From Bacteroidia bacterium (GTDB lineage: Bacteria; Bacteroidota; Bacteroidia; Bacteroidales; VadinHA17), in the NCBI GenBank assembly GCA_026391215.1, contig JAPLDX010000068.1:16879-80878 (forward strand): a DNA stretch of 64,000 nucleotides. The letters run 5' to 3'. The notes under the pieces were generated by a model that did not search any database, was not told the origin of the DNA, and saw nothing but the letters and a program-made list of their open reading frames with translations. The position numbers and the translations under genes are program-made. Within the stretch, counting starts at the first letter, position 1. Each line of letters begins with the position of its first letter. Below, in pieces: positions 59,723-64,000 of this stretch.

Positions 59723-60604
59723 ATGTCTGTTAGAAAAAGTATTAAGGTTGTGAGAGGGCAGCATGCTGTTGACGGAGCTGGTGTTAAATTGCGCAGAGTA
59801 TTGGGACTGAATACAGTTAAAGATTTTGATCCTTTCTTAATGCTGGATGGTTTCGATTCTATAAATCCCAGGGATTACATCAGGGGATTCCCATGGCATC
59901 CTCACCGTGGAATTGAAACAGTCACCTATCTGCTGAAGGGAGAAATAGAGCATGGCGACAGCCTGAGTAACCAGGGGACCATACGGGATCATCAATGTCA
60001 ATGGATGACGGCAGGATCAGGGATTATTCACCAGGAGATGCCTATCGCCTCAGAAAGATTATTAGGCTGTCAGCTCTGGGTCAATCTTCCTAAAAAGGAC
60101 AAGATGACACAACCGGCCTATCGGGATATTAAGCCTGAGGATGTTTCAGCGGTTAAGGAAAAAAACACGACTGTCAGAGTCTTATCCGGCGACTATCATG
60201 ACCATCACGGAGCGGTAAAAGGTGAATATGTGAAAGTTCAGTACCTGGATGTAGCATTGGAATCCAATAGTGTATGGCTTTATAAAGAAACCCCCAACGA
60301 TCAAACCCTGTTCCTCTACCTGATTGCAGGGACTTTAGCCGCGGATGAAGCACTGTCTGATTTTGAAGAAGATGCCTGTGCAATCCTGATGGCAGCTTCA
60401 TCGGCAAACAACTCTGATTATGATGAATTGGTGGTTAAAGCAGGAACTCATGGAGCAAGATTTTTCCTCATAGCAGCTAAACCGCTTAAAGAACCGGTTG
60501 CCTGGGGAGGACCTATTGTTATGAATACGGAAGAAGAATTAAATGAAGCCTTCAGAGAGCTTAATAATAAGACCTTTATAAAACACGACAAGACAACAAG
60601 TTGA
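59723..60604 (+). CDS. Pirin family protein
   Basis: DPFLMLD, HPHRGIETVTY, WMTAGSGIIHQE, QLWVNLP, GPIVMN. Confidence 0.95.
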   Translation: MSVRKSIKVVRGQHAVDGAGVKLRRVLGLNTVKDFDPFLMLDGFDSINPRDYIRGFPWHPHRGIETVTYLLKGEIEHGDSLSNQGTIRDHQCQWMTAGSGIIHQEMPIASERLLGCQLWVNLPKKDKMTQPAYRDIKPEDVSAVKEKNTTVRVLSGDYHDHHGAVKGEYVKVQYLDVALESNSVWLYKETPNDQTLFLYLIAGTLAADEALSDFEEDACAILMAASSANNSDYDELVVKAGTHGARFFLIAAKPLKEPVAWGGPIVMNTEEELNEAFRELNNKTFIKHDKTTS

Positions 60605-60651
60605 GTCCCGCGCAGCGACTCGGGAACTGCATGTCCTCCCTGGGAGCCATT

Positions 60652-61281
60652 TTACCGGATAAAAATTGTCATTAATACCTGCAAAAAGATCACAGTAACA
60701 ACACTATTAATTATCACCTGCCACCACCGCGGGTTTTCCACAATCTTTAATGCCACTGCCACAAGAAAAAACAGCCATAACAGAGAGACAAGCGGATAGC
60801 TATATGTAAATGCCTGCCATGTACCTCCACGGGCTATCATTTCAGACCATTTCTGAGGTGTCAGGATATGAAAAAGATATAGGATTGCAATAACGGTGTC
60901 TGCAAGCCAGGTAATGTACCAGGGAATATTCAGAGCAAATCCTAATACCGCGAGATGTGCCTTGTAGGTGCCGCTCCTTTTGAATAATATATTAATCAAC
61001 AAAGCGAGAGCTGAGGCTGACAACCAGCCAAAAACAAACAGTGGCACAAGGAAAAATGTCTCCCAGAAATAATACTCCTGAGCTGGGATACCTATAACCG
61101 GCGGCATAAGCGGGGAAGCTCTGATGACTGCATATCCTATAGTTGTAATTGTATAGAAAATGCCCATTAACAGGACGGATTTAAATCCATGTGATAGTTG
61201 CCGGGGATCAGATAGCAATCTGGTAAAAGTGCTGCGAGGGCTATGAAATGTTCCAAAGAAATATGACCAGAATGAATTCAT
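60652..61281 (-). CDS. Yip1-like multi-pass membrane protein
   Basis: SPRSTF N-terminal motif and about 5 TM segments. Confidence 0.6.
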   Translation of the reverse strand: MNSFWSYFFGTFHSPRSTFTRLLSDPRQLSHGFKSVLLMGIFYTITTIGYAVIRASPLMPPVIGIPAQEYYFWETFFLVPLFVFGWLSASALALLINILFKRSGTYKAHLAVLGFALNIPWYITWLADTVIAILYLFHILTPQKWSEMIARGGTWQAFTYSYPLVSLLWLFFLVAVALKIVENPRWWQVIINSVVTVIFLQVLMTIFIR

Positions 61282-61291
61282 ATTTCCTTTA

Positions 61292-61609
61292 TTATGATAT
61301 GATCATTTCATCACAGTTGTCGAATTCACAAGTCCCTTTCTTATTTTTAAAAAGTACTTTTCTGTGAGCTACTGATAGACACTGTATATATTCTTTAATG
61401 TTCAATACTTTTGCAGGATTTCTGACAACAAGCGGGATTACTCCAATCATTAAAGGAGACGTTTGCTGTTTGGATTTCTGTTCGCAAACAAAGTATAATT
61501 CTTTATTAATTTCAAGGGGATCACCTTCAGTTGGGATCTTTTCAACTTCAATCTCAGGCAGCTCCGCCTGAGAAACAACATCATAAGGCTTTATGACTTT
61601 TTTATTCAT
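61292..61609 (-). CDS. Hypothetical protein
   Basis: 105-aa ATG ORF, co-oriented and 10 bp from the next gene. Confidence 0.6.
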   Translation of the reverse strand: MNKKVIKPYDVVSQAELPEIEVEKIPTEGDPLEINKELYFVCEQKSKQQTSPLMIGVIPLVVRNPAKVLNIKEYIQCLSVAHRKVLFKNKKGTCEFDNCDEMIIS

Positions 61610-61770
61610 AAAGACAGATAGAATATTTTCAGGTTAAAGTTATGAAATATTGCTCAATTCGGGAGTAAATGTATTATCATGCAATCGTGCATTCCTGAAT
61701 TCCGGTAACCTTGTACCATGAACTATGCACCTTTTCATTCTTTTTACTTGACTTTCATTTCCAGGTGATG

Positions 61771-61778
61771 TAAATTTG
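61771..61778 (+). promoter_or_regulatory. Sigma-A -7 element for the ABC operon leader
   Basis: TAAATTTG with CTTG 20 nt upstream. Confidence 0.6.
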
Positions 61779-61789
61779 GTCTGCAATGC

Positions 61790-61861
61790 AATTTCGGAGG
61801 GAATCTAATCAGTTGAGCATCGCGTAACATCCGGCACTCATCCTGTTGGCAGTCCGAAATT
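61790..61861 (+). ncRNA. Candidate structured RNA/5' leader, family not recognised
   Basis: AATTTCGGA/TCCGAAATT 9-bp closing stem with inner stems CTAATCAG/CTGTTGG and TGAG/CTCA. Confidence 0.4.
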
Positions 61862-61936
61862 ATTGGGACTGAAGGAAAGAAAGAATGGAGAAGAAACAAG
61901 ACAAAAGTAAAAAAGCGAAAGTATGAGGATTAGTTT

Positions 61937-62802
61937 ATGAATTCACCAATTATTGATATAAGAGATCTTTCAAAATTCTACGGGAAGGCCAGGGGAATTG
62001 AACATGTTAACCTGGAAATCGAAGAGGGAGAGATTTTTGGTTTTATCGGACCTAATGGAGCCGGCAAATCGACTACGATCAGGATATTGATGAACCTGAT
62101 CTTCCCGACCAGCGGCAGTGCAAGGATAATGGGAATGGATGTTATCAGGGAAACAAAGAAGATTAAAAGCCAGGTCGGGTATATCCCTTCAGATGCCAGC
62201 GCATATTCTTCCATGGATGCCCATGAATTTCTGAGCTACTGTATACGTTTTTACAAGGCACAAAACGGTGAGCAGAGGATTGCAGAACTCTCGGAAATGT
62301 TTGAGCTGGACCTTAAACGGAAAATTGCGGACCTCTCAATGGGAAACCGGAAGAAAGTATCGATTGTCCAGAGCTTGCTGCACAGACCCAGGATTCTAAT
62401 CCTGGATGAGCCGACAACCGGGCTTGACAGCTGCTGCGTTCGGAGAACCGGAAAGGAATGACTATCTTTTTTTCTTCACATGTACTCAGCGAGGTTCAGA
62501 TACTTTGTAAAAGAGTCGCCATCATTAAAGAAGGGAAAATTATAAAGATGGAGGACATAGAAAACCTGAGAAAAAAACAATTGAAAAAGGTGTATATAGA
62601 ATTTTGGGATCAGAGGAAAAAAGAAAGCTTCAGCATCGCCGGTATTGAAAAAGTGATCAGCAGCGCTGATAATATACTATCCTTTATGTACTCGGGTAAT
62701 ATCAATGAGCTTGTCAGCCGGCTCTCGGGGGAAAAGATAATTAACCTCATGATCGAGGAGCCGTCGCTTGACGAAATATTTATGCACTATTATAAACAAT
62801 AA
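61937..62802 (+). pseudogene. ABC transporter ATP-binding protein split by a frameshifting deletion
   Basis: GPNGAGKST, LSMGN, LILDEPTTGLD then frame shift; the other frame resumes LLRSENRKGMTIFFSSH (ORFs 61937-62461 and 62458-62802). Confidence 0.8.
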
Positions 62803-62814
62803 TGTACAGGATAA

Positions 62815-63624
62815 ATGAACAGTAATCTGTTTTTCAAGGAGTTAAGAAGAAACGCATTCAGTCTCATAATATGGATGGTCGTAATAACCCTTTTTATTTC
62901 GGGTACCATGGCTTTCTACCGTACATTTCTGGAAAACCAGTCAAAGATACTGGGGATGATGAGCATTATTCCTAAAGAACTCCTTCAGTTCAAGGGTGTT
63001 TCGAATTTCGACGATATGCTTTCAGCGCTTGGTTTTTATTCTATCAACAATATCATCTACATGATGGTGCTCGGGAGTATTTTCTCCATTGTGCTTTCTT
63101 CGAATATCCTGCTTAAGGAAGAATACAGCAAAACCGCAGAATATCTTTTGACACGTCCTCTAACCCGCAGCGAGATCTTTATCAGCAAACTGACTGTTGT
63201 TTCACTTAATATATTAATACTGAATCTTGTCACTGCCCTGGCTGGATTTATTAGCCTGGAGCTGGTCAAAACAGGCCCCTTCAGCATAAAGGCATTTTTA
63301 ATTCTTTCCTTCTACACCCTGCTGCTGAATATCCTTTTCGGGGCGATTGGACTTTTTATGTCGACCCTTGTTAAAAGGGCAAAGCCAATTACCACCTTCA
63401 GCATAGGATTGGTTCTGATCCTGTATTTTATTTACACTCTTTCAAAGATCACAGCAGGAGCAGCAAAAATAGGGTATCTGAGCCCTTTCAGATTTGCTGA
63501 TACAGATGCAATAAATCCGGCTTATGCAATAAATCTATGGAACCTGGCATATTTTATCGGCATATCTTTGTTGCTGACTACGATCTCGTACCGGCTCTAT
63601 CTCAGGAAGGACATTTATACATAA
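62815..63624 (+). CDS. ABC-2 type transporter permease
   Basis: KEEYSKTAEYLLTRPLTRSEIFISK, YLSPF, RKDI end; about 6 TM segments. Confidence 0.9.
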   Translation: MNSNLFFKELRRNAFSLIIWMVVITLFISGTMAFYRTFLENQSKILGMMSIIPKELLQFKGVSNFDDMLSALGFYSINNIIYMMVLGSIFSIVLSSNILLKEEYSKTAEYLLTRPLTRSEIFISKLTVVSLNILILNLVTALAGFISLELVKTGPFSIKAFLILSFYTLLLNILFGAIGLFMSTLVKRAKPITTFSIGLVLILYFIYTLSKITAGAAKIGYLSPFRFADTDAINPAYAINLWNLAYFIGISLLLTTISYRLYLRKDIYT

Positions 63625-63788
63625 ACTGAATTTATCAGGGAGAGATGTACAAGACATCACGCAGTGACAGACTGAATGACTATCACTGACAGTGATAATA
63701 AAGCAAATAAAGTTGACTCGTATTATTATAAGGCGTACATTGTGTGAGTACAGAATTTCTGATAGTTATAGAATTAATACTAAAATCG

Positions 63789-64000
63789 ATGAAAAGCAGA
63801 TCAAGAATTTTATTTATGGTTGTTACAACAATGATTTCAGTAAGCTTGTTTGCCCAAATGAAAACAGATGTTGAAAACAGTAAAGACTACCCTTTAATAG
63901 GCCGATTCGAAGGTGCTGTGATAGAATTTTACAAAGAAACAAAATGGGGAACATATAAAATACCCGTTGATGAAAATGGCAAAATTAATTTTGATAAGCC
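63789..64000 (+). CDS. Exported protein, DUF4892/OmpA-family-like N-terminus (runs off window)
   Basis: MKSRSRILFMVVTTMISVSLFAQ signal then DVENSKDYPLIGRFEGAVIEFY; no stop before the window end. Confidence 0.6.
   Translation, partial: MKSRSRILFMVVTTMISVSLFAQMKTDVENSKDYPLIGRFEGAVIEFYKETKWGTYKIPVDENGKINFDK

Noticed and set aside
60603-60650. Small GC-rich palindrome between pirin and the Yip1-like gene
   Set aside because: Short and imperfect, no second copy found; probably a weak terminator between convergent genes
42110-61731. Short repeat arrays as CRISPR
   Set aside because: Units are 8 bp, degenerate and contiguous with no spacers; no cas genes seen
63665-63697. TGAC-like repeats and TATCACTG-A-CAGTGATA palindrome
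   Set aside because: Single short instance; cannot tell operator, terminator or repeat relic apart

Overview
64 kb of a Bacteroidota (most likely Bacteroidales) chromosome; the taxonomy is inferred from SusC/SusD, SprA and TAnnTTTG promoters. Left: pdxA (partial)-ruvA-sprA. A ~28.6 kb alpha-glucan/maltose utilisation locus (8.3-36.9 kb) sits between sprA and gcvH. It contains an MFS transporter, pgmB, GH65, two GH13s, a GH130-DUF1080-Gfo/Idh/MocA trio, three ~1110-aa FG-GAP/ASPIC-UnbV lipoprotein paralogues, susD, susC and a LacI regulator, with a near-identical operator at each end. Then come gcvH and the convergent rimP-nusA-infB operon, followed by a mosaic accessory region (42-64 kb). The main candidate for an undescribed system is an AT-rich DUF559 (Vsr-like) nuclease gene bracketed by inverted CAyGTAC-tagged hairpin repeats (45.4-46.0 kb), plus a gene-less copy of the same repeat pair at 14.4 kb; together these look like an autonomous/non-autonomous mobile pair with no RAYT or DDE transposase in the window. 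Other leads: a SLATT-like 2TM gene coupled to an unannotated 56-aa proline-rich ORF, a GH13 with a GlgE-like nucleophile motif, a structured 5' leader before an ABC exporter, degenerate 8-bp repeat arrays at gene junctions, and apparent deletions in sprA and an ABC ATPase. No rRNA, tRNA or CRISPR array was recognised. All family assignments come from motif recognition by eye, not database searches.
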